In this document: one piece after another, positions 49,608 to 58,675 of the stretch | Layout: each line of letters begins with the position of its first letter | Position numbering within the stretch: the stretch's first letter is position 1 | Source of the DNA: an uncultured Hyphomicrobiales bacterium | GTDB taxonomy: Bacteria > Bacteroidota > Ignavibacteria > Kapaibacteriales > UBA2268 | Assembly (NCBI GenBank): GCA_964606895.1 | Contig: CAZSHX010000017.1 | Location: 1,723-65,722, forward strand | DNA: 64,000 nt | Direction: 5' to 3' | Position numbers and translations under genes: made by a program | The notes under the pieces: model-generated | Database searches by the model: none | What the model was told of the DNA's origin: nothing | What the model saw: only the letters and a program-made list of their open reading frames with translations

Positions 49608-50432
49608 TTGATAACACCAAAGAAATCTTTAGGGCAGAACTTCCTGACCGATAAAAACATCAGCTCGAAAATCGTTGATTCACTCGGAATTTGCGATGGC
49701 GACCTTGTTCTCGAAATTGGTCCGGGCATGGGAGCCCTTACAGGACTTCTTTTTGAAAAAAATTGCAAATTGATTGCAGTTGATGCAGATTTGCGGGCTA
49801 TCGAATTATTAAGAAAAACTTATTTACGTCCGAATTTCGAATTGATTCATTCAGACATCAGGGAAATCAATCTGCCTGAACTGATGAAAATCAATAATTC
49901 CAATAAAATCAAGATAATAGGGAATATACCTTACAACATTTCAAGCGATATTTCTTTCTGGCTGATGGAAAATTCTGAGTTGATTGAATCTGCAATTATT
50001 ATGTTTCAAAAAGAAGTGGCTCAAAGGTTTGCCGCAAAACTTCGTACCAAGGATTACGGAATTCTGACTGTTGCTTTGAATTTGGTCGGTTCGGGAAAAA
50101 TTCTCTTTGATGTTTCTCCTAATTGTTTTTACCCCAAACCCGAAGTAACATCGTCAATATTCAAGTTTGCTTTTAATGACGGGAAAAACGAAAATTTTAC
50201 TGAAATTAAAGAAATTGTCCGTGCGGCGTTCAATCAGCGAAGAAAAACTTTAAGAAATGCCTTGAAGAATCTTCTCGAAATCAAAACCGGGAAAAAGATT
50301 GATGAAGTTGCAATTGAATTGAAAAACAGGGGAATGGATGTTCTGTCGAAAAGAGCAGAAGAGCTTACTGCTGATGATTTTACAAAACTGAATGAACTTT
50401 TGAAAAGTATTATTTCATCTAAAACTGCTTAA
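49608..50432 (+). CDS. rsmA: 16S rRNA (adenine1518/1519-N6)-dimethyltransferase
   Basis: KKSLGQNFLTDKNISSKIVD...LEIGPGMGALT SAM-binding motif and NIPYNISS motif; TTG start at 49608. Confidence 0.9.
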   Translation: MITPKKSLGQNFLTDKNISSKIVDSLGICDGDLVLEIGPGMGALTGLLFEKNCKLIAVDADLRAIELLRKTYLRPNFELIHSDIREINLPELMKINNSNKIKIIGNIPYNISSDISFWLMENSELIESAIIMFQKEVAQRFAAKLRTKDYGILTVALNLVGSGKILFDVSPNCFYPKPEVTSSIFKFAFNDGKNENFTEIKEIVRAAFNQRRKTLRNALKNLLEIKTGKKIDEVAIELKNRGMDVLSKRAEELTADDFTKLNELLKSIISSKTA

Positions 50433-50436
50433 GAAA

Positions 50437-51432
50437 ATGAACAGTGAAAATAAAAATCGGGATACAGAAAAAATAAAAAAAGCAAAATTAGAACCGCTTT
50501 TGAAGTTTGATTTAAGAGAAATCCTTTCGTTGACTGATGTTTATACAATCATCATTTTATTGATTTACACTGTTCTGGCTGTCATATTCTATACCGAGAT
50601 TAAAAATTCCACAAACTGGATATTGATAAATCTTTTCATCATTGCCGGAATCATTTCTATTGCTACTGTGGATGTTAAGCTGAATGCAGGCAGAATTTTC
50701 AAGCTTTTCCGAAAACTTACTCTGGCTCCGCTTGTTTTCTTTATTTACACTCAGGCACAGATTTACATCAGGGCAATAAATCCGCATGATTATGATGCTA
50801 TTCTTATTGCATGGGATAAATTTATTTTTGGCGTGAATCCGACTCAATGGTTGAAAAATATTTCCTTTCCTGCATTGACTGAATATCTGCAATTTACCTA
50901 CATGACTTATTTCTTTTTGCCGATGTTCCATGGTGTAGAGCTTCATCTGAAAGGCAAGGATTTGGAGTTTGATGAATTTTCGAGAATGGTAGGCTTTGCA
51001 TTTTTTATGTCATATTTATGTTATTTCGTTTTGCCGGCTGTCGGACCAAGATTCACACTTCATGATTTTTCGCAAATGTCAACCGATTTGCCCGGGCTGT
51101 GGCTGACTGAGTTTTTCAGAGGCTCAGTGAACAGCGGGGGAGGGATTCCATCGGGAATAAATATTAATCCGGTTTTGTTTGTCAATCGGGATTGTATGCC
51201 AAGCGGTCACACATGGATAACTTTGGTGAATATCTATCTTGGATTCAAGTTTCGTTCCAAATTAAGATGGGTATTTCTTGTTTTTGGCGGTAGTTTGATT
51301 TTTGGAACAATTTATCTGAGATACCATTACGTGGTGGATGTTTTAGCCGCGATTCTGCTTGCTGTAGCAACTTTCAAACTTGAAAAAATATTTCGAAGAT
51401 TTCTTGTCAGAATGGGTTTTAGTACTCATTAA
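50437..51432 (+). CDS. PAP2 superfamily integral membrane protein (phosphatase/phosphotransferase-like)
   Basis: PAP2 motifs PSGHTW and RYHYVVDVLAA (SRxxxxxHxxxD) within a 6-TM protein. Confidence 0.65.
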   Translation: MNSENKNRDTEKIKKAKLEPLLKFDLREILSLTDVYTIIILLIYTVLAVIFYTEIKNSTNWILINLFIIAGIISIATVDVKLNAGRIFKLFRKLTLAPLVFFIYTQAQIYIRAINPHDYDAILIAWDKFIFGVNPTQWLKNISFPALTEYLQFTYMTYFFLPMFHGVELHLKGKDLEFDEFSRMVGFAFFMSYLCYFVLPAVGPRFTLHDFSQMSTDLPGLWLTEFFRGSVNSGGGIPSGININPVLFVNRDCMPSGHTWITLVNIYLGFKFRSKLRWVFLVFGGSLIFGTIYLRYHYVVDVLAAILLAVATFKLEKIFRRFLVRMGFSTH

Positions 51433-51523
51433 CTTATTCGTTGGAAAAAGTTTTTTTATATATGTAACTAATTGATTATTTTTGCATTGCAGCAGATGAA
51501 GTTTAATATTTTTATAGATAGCA

Positions 51524-54500
51524 ATGAAAAAGTATAAATATTTTTTGATTTTTCTTTTTATTTTATTTCGATTTCCGGTTTTTTCATTTCCATTAATTCA
51601 ATTAACTGAATACAGTCTAATTGATTATCCGGATATTAATGCTAAATATTTTGATTTCGATAATACCGGGAAATTGAATATATCCCCAAAAGCTTCAGAT
51701 TACAGCATAAATGATAATGGCACAACAGCATTGATCAAAGGGATAAATTGCTTTCCACAGAGTCCGTTAACTTCAATTTCTGCTGTTATTTCTTTTGACC
51801 TTGGACTTGATTCAGCATCGGGGAAATTTGAAATCGGCAGAACGTTTGCCGAAAATCTTGCAAATCTACTTCCAAACAATCAATCTGAATTTGCCGTAAC
51901 AAGTTTTGATGCATTCAGTTATCTCGAGCAAGAGTTTACAACCGATAAATCAAAACTTCTCAATGTTTTGGCAAATTTGAAATATAGCGAAGGTTCCCAA
52001 TGGGATCCGGGTTTTCTGGACGATTTAACCGGTGCCATTGCTATTGCCTCACAGGGTAAAACTAATAAGAATATAGTATTTATAACCGATGGAAGCGGAA
52101 CGATAGATGCAGATACAATAATTAGTCATGCCAAAAAGCTTGGAATAAAGATATTCATTGTCTGCCTAACCGATTTGTTCAACGAAGATTTAAAAAGAAC
52201 TGCGACAGGAACAGGCGGGCAGTTGTTAGTTCTTAAAGATTTGAAATTTACTAATAGTCTTGCCGCATCGGTTCTGGCTTTAATGATGAACTACAAACCC
52301 TGTGAAGTGATTTGGACAGCAAATCCTGACTGCAAAGAAGTTCATAATATTCAATTATCAAATATTCAAAACAAAGACACAACCGAACTAAGTGTTCAAA
52401 TTCCTGAAAGTTATCAACCGATAATTGTTAGTAATCCTGCTTTTCTTAGATTTAGTGCAGTTTTGCCGGGTTTGAACAAAACACTTGATTTATCCATTAC
52501 AGCAAAAAACGGAGCGGTAACAATAACAGAATTGAGTATCAACAACCCTGTTTTCACGATTGAACAGGGAGGAATAATTCAGCCGATAACACTTCAAAAA
52601 GGTGAAGTTAGAAATCTGAAAGTAAAGTTTACACCACTGGACTCAGCACTTGAATTTGGAAGTTTAAACATTAAAACTGATGCCTGCTCCGGAAAAAATA
52701 TTTTAATAACAGGCGGCTTCCCAAATGCTCAGCCTAAAACGGCTACTTTGAAAATTCTTGAACCTTTGCCGCATCAGGTTTTTATTATTGGTGATACTGC
52801 AAGTGTAATTTGGACAGGTCTGTTGCCTGCGGATGTTGTTCAGGTTGAATATTCAGTGAATAATGGAGCAAGTTGGGACACACTTGCAAAAAATGTAAGC
52901 GGGTTGAGATATAACTGGTTTGTACCTGATAAACCGAGCGATTCATGTCTTATCAGAGTAATTCAACTCTGGCCCAATAATATTGGACGAACACTTGATT
53001 TGCATCATAAAAACGGAGTGAATTGTGCAAATTTCAATTCTGATGGAAGTTTAATCGTTACGGCTTGTAAAGATTCACTTGCCAGCATCTGGAATTCAAA
53101 CAATGGTGCAAAATTATTTGATTTAAAAGGACATACAAAAGCAGTTCTTTGGGCAAATTTTGATAGAATTGAGAAATATGCTGTTACTTCAAGTGAAGAT
53201 AAAACTGCAATTATATGGGATATTGTGAAAGGGGATTCTGTTCGAACATTGTCGGCTCATACTAATTTTGTCCGTTCTGCTAATTTCAGTCCCGACGGAA
53301 AAAATATCGTAACTTCAGGCACAGAAGGTTCTTGCTTTGTTTGGGATGTTGCAACGGGAACCATTAAAGATACCGTTAGTTTTAATGCAGGTTCGTTATG
53401 GTTTGCTACTTACAGCCCCGATGGAAAGTATATCGCAACAGCCAATAATATCGGACTTTGCAATATCTGGAATACAACAACTAAAAAATTTGATAGAACT
53501 TTTGATACAAAGACAAACGGAGTTGTACCTTACGTAGCTTTTAGTCCCGACGGTTCAAAGCTTGCCGCCGCCACATGGATAGGCAAAGCTGTTGTCTGGA
53601 ATTTTAAAACAGGAGATACACTTTTTACAGTTGAGCATTACGATAGTCTTCATAATATCGTACCGCTGACTTCTGCAAATTTCAACTACACAGGAGAGCT
53701 TTTATTAACATCAAGCATCAATGAAGCAAGAATGTGGAATGCCAATAACGGAGCATTCATTCCTCCTCCTTATGCGGAGCATAGGAGCAGTGTTCAGACT
53801 GCAGTTTTTAATTTTGACGGAACACGTGTTTTAACTGCCAGCTGGGATAGTACAGCAAAAATATGGAATCTGCTCGAAAGAGCACTTCAAACAGGAATTA
53901 TGGACAGTGTGTTTTCGATTGCAAAGTCGGATATTAAAAGCGAAGATATTGAATTTCCATCCGTACCCGTGAGTTCAATTAAAGATTCTACCATTTCGAA
54001 TTTTATAATTAATACTTCCGGTTTTCCTATCAAAGTCAGCAGTATAAAGATCTCGGGACCAAATGCAAAAGATTTTCTAATCATCAAAGGCTTTGCATCT
54101 TATAAACTCGACACGAATAAAGCCTCAAGTATTACAATCAGATTCAATCCAAAAGATATAGGCTTGCGGACAGCCTTGATTGAGATTGTTTATTCAGGGA
54201 ATAAAATTACCAAAGTTTTAACAGGCATCGGATTCGACCCGGGATTGCAGGTGGTTACTCCAACTATTGATTTCAAAAATGTCGAGGTAGGGGATATCCG
54301 CGATACTGTTATTTCTGTTGCATTCAGAAACAGAAGCGACAACCCCATCAGGATTTTAAGAATTCGAAATGTCGGTCCTGATAATATTCATTTCAGTATT
54401 CTCTCAGGGACAGATACCGGAATGATTAATCCGGGTGAAACCAGACAAATGGCATTCAGGTACATACCGGAATTGGCCGGAAGGAAAAATGACCTGATTT

Positions 54501-55252
54501 ATATTGAACATAATGCTAAAGGCTCTCCAAGCAGAATTAATTTATTTGGCGAAGGTGTGCTTCCAAGGATTGATTCAATTACGTTTTCATTGAAAAGTAT
54601 TGAAGGCTCTCCGGGAGAAATTGTTGAACTGCCGATTTATGTTAAAAATATCAGTTCAAATGGAATCAGTTCGGCGATTACAGGATTCAACTCTTCCCTG
54701 ACTTTCAATTCGACATTACTCGAGCCGATTGAAGAGAACTATCCCGGAACAATTACCGGTTCAACAAGAAGTATTACTTTGAGTCTGCCATCAGCAGTTG
54801 TTTCTGCAGATTCAATCATAAAAAAGATAAAGTTCAGAGTCGGACTGGGCAATGATACACTTTCCGGTTTGAAACTTGAGAACATCGTTCCTCAGGGCAA
54901 GGGTAGAATTGTCATTGCAGATGAGCCTTCGGTCTTTACTCTTCGTGGTTATTGCAAAGAAGGAGGAAACAGACTATTTGAATCAGAAAATAGGCTACAG
55001 TTTGCCTTATTGGTTCCAAATCCTACAAAAGGCTCAGCTAAAGCTGAATTTGAAGTAATCGAAAACGGACTTCACAAACTAACATTGGTTGATATTAGCG
55101 GCAGAACCGTGCTTGTTATTTTTGAAAGAAATCTAACTCCAAATACCTATAGTATTGATATAATCACAGACAATATTCCTACCGGCAGATATTTTTGCTT
55201 TCTGGAAACGCCAACTAAGAAAATATTCAGACAGTTAGAAATTTCGAAATAG
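51524..55252 (+). CDS. T9SS cargo protein with N-terminal vWA-like domain, WD40 beta-propeller repeats and C-terminal sorting domain
   Basis: vWA-like region (VTSFDAFSY...IVFITDGSGT); about 7 WD40 repeats (e.g. GHTKAVLWANF..., LSAHTNFVRSANFSPDGKNIVTSGTEGSCFVWDV); Por_Secre_tail-like terminus (LLVPNPTKGSAKAEFEV...GRYFCFLETPTKKIFRQLEISK). Confidence 0.7.
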   Translation: MKKYKYFLIFLFILFRFPVFSFPLIQLTEYSLIDYPDINAKYFDFDNTGKLNISPKASDYSINDNGTTALIKGINCFPQSPLTSISAVISFDLGLDSASGKFEIGRTFAENLANLLPNNQSEFAVTSFDAFSYLEQEFTTDKSKLLNVLANLKYSEGSQWDPGFLDDLTGAIAIASQGKTNKNIVFITDGSGTIDADTIISHAKKLGIKIFIVCLTDLFNEDLKRTATGTGGQLLVLKDLKFTNSLAASVLALMMNYKPCEVIWTANPDCKEVHNIQLSNIQNKDTTELSVQIPESYQPIIVSNPAFLRFSAVLPGLNKTLDLSITAKNGAVTITELSINNPVFTIEQGGIIQPITLQKGEVRNLKVKFTPLDSALEFGSLNIKTDACSGKNILITGGFPNAQPKTATLKILEPLPHQVFIIGDTASVIWTGLLPADVVQVEYSVNNGASWDTLAKNVSGLRYNWFVPDKPSDSCLIRVIQLWPNNIGRTLDLHHKNGVNCANFNSDGSLIVTACKDSLASIWNSNNGAKLFDLKGHTKAVLWANFDRIEKYAVTSSEDKTAIIWDIVKGDSVRTLSAHTNFVRSANFSPDGKNIVTSGTEGSCFVWDVATGTIKDTVSFNAGSLWFATYSPDGKYIATANNIGLCNIWNTTTKKFDRTFDTKTNGVVPYVAFSPDGSKLAAATWIGKAVVWNFKTGDTLFTVEHYDSLHNIVPLTSANFNYTGELLLTSSINEARMWNANNGAFIPPPYAEHRSSVQTAVFNFDGTRVLTASWDSTAKIWNLLERALQTGIMDSVFSIAKSDIKSEDIEFPSVPVSSIKDSTISNFIINTSGFPIKVSSIKISGPNAKDFLIIKGFASYKLDTNKASSITIRFNPKDIGLRTALIEIVYSGNKITKVLTGIGFDPGLQVVTPTIDFKNVEVGDIRDTVISVAFRNRSDNPIRILRIRNVGPDNIHFSILSGTDTGMINPGETRQMAFRYIPELAGRKNDLIYIEHNAKGSPSRINLFGEGVLPRIDSITFSLKSIEGSPGEIVELPIYVKNISSNGISSAITGFNSSLTFNSTLLEPIEENYPGTITGSTRSITLSLPSAVVSADSIIKKIKFRVGLGNDTLSGLKLENIVPQGKGRIVIADEPSVFTLRGYCKEGGNRLFESENRLQFALLVPNPTKGSAKAEFEVIENGLHKLTLVDISGRTVLVIFERNLTPNTYSIDIITDNIPTGRYFCFLETPTKKIFRQLEISK

Positions 55253-55426
55253 ATGTAGTGGCGAACGGCGTCCGCCCTTTCTTTTTTTAATAATTCTCCG
55301 AATGGGCATCGACTATTCGCCCCTACAACAAAACGTAATTCGTAATTTGAAATTCGTAATTGATTTTTCCGCTCGCCCCTGCAAACTTCCAAAACGTGAT
55401 TTTGTTTTCTAATATATTTTCATTAA

Positions 55427-55450
55427 GTTGCAGATGTAAGTTCGCAATAT
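55427..55450 (+). promoter_or_regulatory. Shared upstream motif ATTAAGTTG(C/T)AGATGTA(A/G), copy 1 (upstream of KilA-N gene)
   Basis: The same 17/18-nt motif recurs at ~55929-55950, upstream of the methyltransferase gene. It is a candidate promoter or operator; the sub-motif TTG...TAagTTcG loosely resembles the Bacteroidota -33/-7 consensus. Confidence 0.4.
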
Positions 55451-55540
55451 TTAATCTCAATGGAATTTTAGTTTATGAATCAGTTAGATCACGGCGACTA
55501 CGAGATATAGTAATTAATTTATTATAGGAATGAGATTGTT

Positions 55541-55936
55541 ATGCCAAAAATAAATGTAAAAGGCACAGAGATAACTGTAGTCGCTAAAAACGACATAGAT
55601 TTCATTTGCCTTACGGATATGACATACGGATTTAAAGAAGGCATTGGATTAATTGGTAAGTGGATTACTAATAAAAATACACTTGAGTATCTTGCGATTT
55701 GGGAAAAAGTAAATAATCTCAATTTCAATTACCCCGAATTCGGGGTAATTGAACATGAAGCCGGAGTAAACAGATTTATTATGTCGTTAGGTCAATGGCT
55801 CGAAAGAACAAAAGCAATTGGATTGATAGTTAAATCCGGCAGATATGGAGGCACTTATGCCCATAAAGACATTGCATGTAAATTATTTCCTGAAAATATT
55901 CCGCTTACTATTGTTTTAAATTGTTTTTTGTATTAA
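55541..55936 (+). CDS. KilA-N domain protein
   Basis: Matches the KilA-N family throughout (GTEITVVAKNDIDFICLTDM...LEYLAIWE...SGRYGGTYAHKDIA). Confidence 0.8.
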   Translation: MPKINVKGTEITVVAKNDIDFICLTDMTYGFKEGIGLIGKWITNKNTLEYLAIWEKVNNLNFNYPEFGVIEHEAGVNRFIMSLGQWLERTKAIGLIVKSGRYGGTYAHKDIACKLFPENIPLTIVLNCFLY

Positions 55937-55950
55937 GTTGTAGATGTAGA
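55929..55950 (+). promoter_or_regulatory. Shared upstream motif, copy 2 (upstream of methyltransferase gene)
   Basis: tgtATTAAGTTGTAGATGTAGattatgg, 17/18 identical to the copy at 55427-55450. Confidence 0.4.
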
Positions 55951-56012
55951 TTATGGAAATTAGAAAACAAACAGAAATTTTTGTTTAATAAAAATTTAAA
56001 AGGAATATAAAA

Positions 56013-56909
56013 TTGGAATATAAAAATATTGAAGAAAACGAAAACACCCGATTTGTTTTTGAGAGTTTGATTAACTATGCTACTGAATATAATAAACTGC
56101 CAAGTATTAAACCTATTTTTAAAACAAATGATTTTGCTTTATATAACAATGACTGCTTGGAAGTAATTCAAAGATTTCCTGACAATTATATTGATATGAT
56201 ATTTGCCGACCCTCCGTACATGCTATCTAATAATGGGATTACTTGTCAAAACGGAAAAATGGTCTCTGTTAATAAAGGAAAATGGGATAAAAGTAATGGA
56301 TTTGAAAATGATTTAATTTTTCATGAAGAATGGATCAATCAATGTCGTAGAATATTAAAACCAGAAGGTACTATTTGGATAAGTGGAACTTATCACAGTA
56401 TATATCAATGTGGCTATTTATTACAGAAACTAAATTTTCACATTCTTAATGATATTACATGGTTTAAACCCAACGCTTCCCCGAATTTAAGCTGTAGATT
56501 TTTCACAGCAAGCCATGAGACAATATTATGGGCAAGAAAAGATAAAAATGCAAAACATATTTTTAACTATAATGCTATGAAAAACGGTAAATTTCCTGAG
56601 GACAGCCTAAAAAAAAATGATACCCAAATGCGATCTGTTTGGTCTATTCCTCCTACAAAAGGAGAAGAGAAAATGTTTGGAAAACATCCCACCCAAAAAC
56701 CTCTTGCATTATTAAAAAGAATTGTTTTAGCTTCGACAAATGATAACGCAATAATATTAGATCCATTCAATGGAAGTGGAACAACAGGAATTGCATCGAA
56801 CATGATTGGCAACCGCAGATATATCGGGATTGAAGTTGATGAAAAATATATAGATTTGACAATTAAAAGATATAATCATTTAGATAGTAACATTAGGATG
56901 GCAATATGA
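56013..56909 (+). CDS. Beta-class DNA amino-methyltransferase (N6-adenine or N4-cytosine), DpnA/MboIB-like
   Basis: Catalytic DPPY (IFADPPYML) precedes the SAM-binding FxGxG (ILDPFNGSGTTGIAS), the beta-class motif order; 298 aa; 4-bp overlap with the downstream endonuclease gene. Confidence 0.85.
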   Translation: MEYKNIEENENTRFVFESLINYATEYNKLPSIKPIFKTNDFALYNNDCLEVIQRFPDNYIDMIFADPPYMLSNNGITCQNGKMVSVNKGKWDKSNGFENDLIFHEEWINQCRRILKPEGTIWISGTYHSIYQCGYLLQKLNFHILNDITWFKPNASPNLSCRFFTASHETILWARKDKNAKHIFNYNAMKNGKFPEDSLKKNDTQMRSVWSIPPTKGEEKMFGKHPTQKPLALLKRIVLASTNDNAIILDPFNGSGTTGIASNMIGNRRYIGIEVDEKYIDLTIKRYNHLDSNIRMAI

Positions 56910-57514
56910 TAACGAGAATGACTGCTATAAGAAATCTTGAAATGTATTTGAATCAGGATTTATCGGTTTTAGCTCATTCTTTTGGAATAACAACTTTTAG
57001 AGACGGAAAGCAGAATAAAGGTTGGAAGGGATTAACTTTAGAAAGACTTGCTGGTTTAATTAATAATAATATTCAAGCTCCGAATGGTTTAGGATTCGAA
57101 TTGAAATCTGTTGCTTTTTGTTTCGTTAAAGGGGAACTACAACCCAAAGAAACGATGGCAATTACAATGTTAAACCCCATAAATTTAATTAATACTCCTT
57201 TTTTAAAAAGTCATTGTTGGGATAAACTTAAATCGTTAGTTTTTTGTGCAGTTTTATGGCAAGGACATCACAATATAAAATCTGAACTATTAAAAATAAA
57301 ATCTTTTGACTTTATCGAATCTGATACCTTAATAAAGGAAATTGAAGAAGATTATGAATTTATTAGAAATAAATTAATCACCTACGGGTACACATCCTTA
57401 ACAGGCAAAGATGGTAAATGGATTCAAGCAAGAACAAAAGGAGCTGGGCATGGATCAACATCCAGAGCTTTTTATGCAATGAAAGCTCTGATAAAAGAAA
57501 TATTTAGAGATTAA
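56906..57514 (+). CDS. MutH/Sau3AI-family endonuclease (likely GATC-directed restriction or nicking enzyme)
   Basis: Aligns to E. coli MutH blocks: KGWKGLTLERLAGL (MutH KGWIGVLLEIWLGA), GFELKSVAF (MutH GVELKTIPV, catalytic E-x-K), LTGKDGKWIQARTKGAGHG (MutH ITARHGEYLQIRPKAANAK), RAFYAMKALIKEIF (MutH RGFYLKKNFTSALL). Confidence 0.75.
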   Translation: MITRMTAIRNLEMYLNQDLSVLAHSFGITTFRDGKQNKGWKGLTLERLAGLINNNIQAPNGLGFELKSVAFCFVKGELQPKETMAITMLNPINLINTPFLKSHCWDKLKSLVFCAVLWQGHHNIKSELLKIKSFDFIESDTLIKEIEEDYEFIRNKLITYGYTSLTGKDGKWIQARTKGAGHGSTSRAFYAMKALIKEIFRD

Positions 57515-57572
57515 TATTTACAACATTTTTTTCCTCTTCCGTTCTTTGATTTACAATTTTTATTGATTCCTT

Positions 57573-57761
57573 GCTTTATAGAGGTTTCGTAAGAGTTTAT
57601 AGAGGTCTTATTGTGCTTTGATGAGGTCTCGTAATTGTTTATGAAGGTTTTTTGATTATCTTTATGGAGGTTTCATTAGTGTTTGTGGAGGTTTTGAATT
57701 GCTTTGTGAGGGTTTTGAAATGTTTCAAGAGCCGTACAAACCTTTTCAAAAGTCATACAAA
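57573..57761. repeat. Nine tandem ~21-bp iteron-like direct repeats (consensus TTTrTrGAGGTyTyrTwAnTG)
   Basis: Units: ctttatagaggtttcgtaagag / tttatagaggtcttattgtgc / tttgatgaggtctcgtaattg / tttatgaaggttttttgattatc / tttatggaggtttcattagtg / tttgtggaggttttgaattgc / tttgtgagggttttgaaatg / tttcaagagccgtacaaacc / ttttcaaaagtcatacaaac. Stops in all three forward frames, so non-coding; ~21-bp period is two helical turns. Confidence 0.7.
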
Positions 57762-57821
57762 CTAAGTTTTATATAGATTTTTCATATTTTTTGTCGTATT
57801 TACATTAAGGAGGTTTTATTT

Positions 57822-57938
57822 ATGATTACAGCACAAAGAAATTACAACATGACGGATGCGGAACTGTTTTCAGGGACAGAAGATATTATTATCATGTTCG
57901 TTCAGCAACAGGCGGCACGGAAAGTGCGGACAGCGTAA
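57822..57938 (+). CDS. Candidate 38-aa small protein with a strong Shine-Dalgarno (not in ORF track)
   Basis: AAGGAGG 8 nt upstream of ATG; translation MITAQRNYNMTDAELFSGTEDIIIMFVQQQAARKVRTA; lies immediately after the iteron array. Confidence 0.3.
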   Translation: MITAQRNYNMTDAELFSGTEDIIIMFVQQQAARKVRTA

Positions 57939-57988
57939 CGGTTTATATAGATGTTTCGGGGTAGGGGATTATGAGTTATGAATTTTAA

Positions 57989-58549
57989 GTGTTATTTTTA
58001 AATGGAGAACATATGAAAAAGATGTTATTATTACTTTCATTTATACTTGTTCAAAACAGTTTCTCACAAACAGTCTTAAATGATATATTTAAAGTAACCG
58101 AAAAAAAAGGGGTTTATTCTTACGATATGGCTGATTCCTTAAAAATTGATTATGTTAAACTTTCGGATGAGTATAAAAGTTTATGGGACGATACAGCGAA
58201 TGAGAAGAATAACAATATGTTTGGTAACAAGTTAGAAATTAATCAAGTATTTCAATCAAAAGCAGAAAAAGAAGAGAAAATCTCAAGTGAATGGAATCTT
58301 CTTTTGCAGAGTTTAGGTAAATATTTATTTAAAAATGATTTTAACTTTGATGAACCTACTTCAATTTATGTAAAGTTTTATTTTGATGAGAATGGGAATA
58401 TTGATTTTTTATTTTATAATGCTAAGGACATAAAATTGAAAAATAATTCTATTTTTGTTGATTTGCTTAATGAATTCCTCAAGCATTATCAATTTGATAT
58501 AAGAGTTGGTAGAAAGTATTCTCAATGCGGTAGTATTATTTTGAAATAA
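57989..58549 (+). CDS. Secreted hypothetical protein
   Basis: Signal peptide MKKMLLLLSFILVQNSFSQ (probable start ~58013); Lys/Asn-rich, no recognised motif. Confidence 0.4.
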   Translation: MLFLNGEHMKKMLLLLSFILVQNSFSQTVLNDIFKVTEKKGVYSYDMADSLKIDYVKLSDEYKSLWDDTANEKNNNMFGNKLEINQVFQSKAEKEEKISSEWNLLLQSLGKYLFKNDFNFDEPTSIYVKFYFDENGNIDFLFYNAKDIKLKNNSIFVDLLNEFLKHYQFDIRVGRKYSQCGSIILK

Positions 58550-58675
58550 TTTTGAATTGTGAATTATAAGAGTTTTAAGATAAAAGGACACTCTGAAAAG
58601 CGAAACTTTCGGGGTGTTTTATTATAAATGAATTATTTCACCCTGCCCGAAGAGAAAACCGATGGCTCATGGAAA

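Noticed and set aside
49562-49768. 68-aa minus-strand ORF overlapping the ksgA start
   Set aside because: Antisense to the conserved KsgA N-terminus; no support.
55147-55392. 81-aa minus-strand ORF across the WD40-gene 3' end and the islet junction
   Set aside because: It overlaps the well-supported T9SS tail coding region and the GC-rich junction; it has no RBS and a low-complexity translation. Likely spurious.
55253-55540. Searched the islet junctions (55253-55540 and 57700-57990) for a tRNA gene as integration target
   Set aside because: No cloverleaf-compatible sequence with a GTTCGAATC-type T-loop or plausible acceptor stem was found by eye. This cannot be excluded without tRNAscan.
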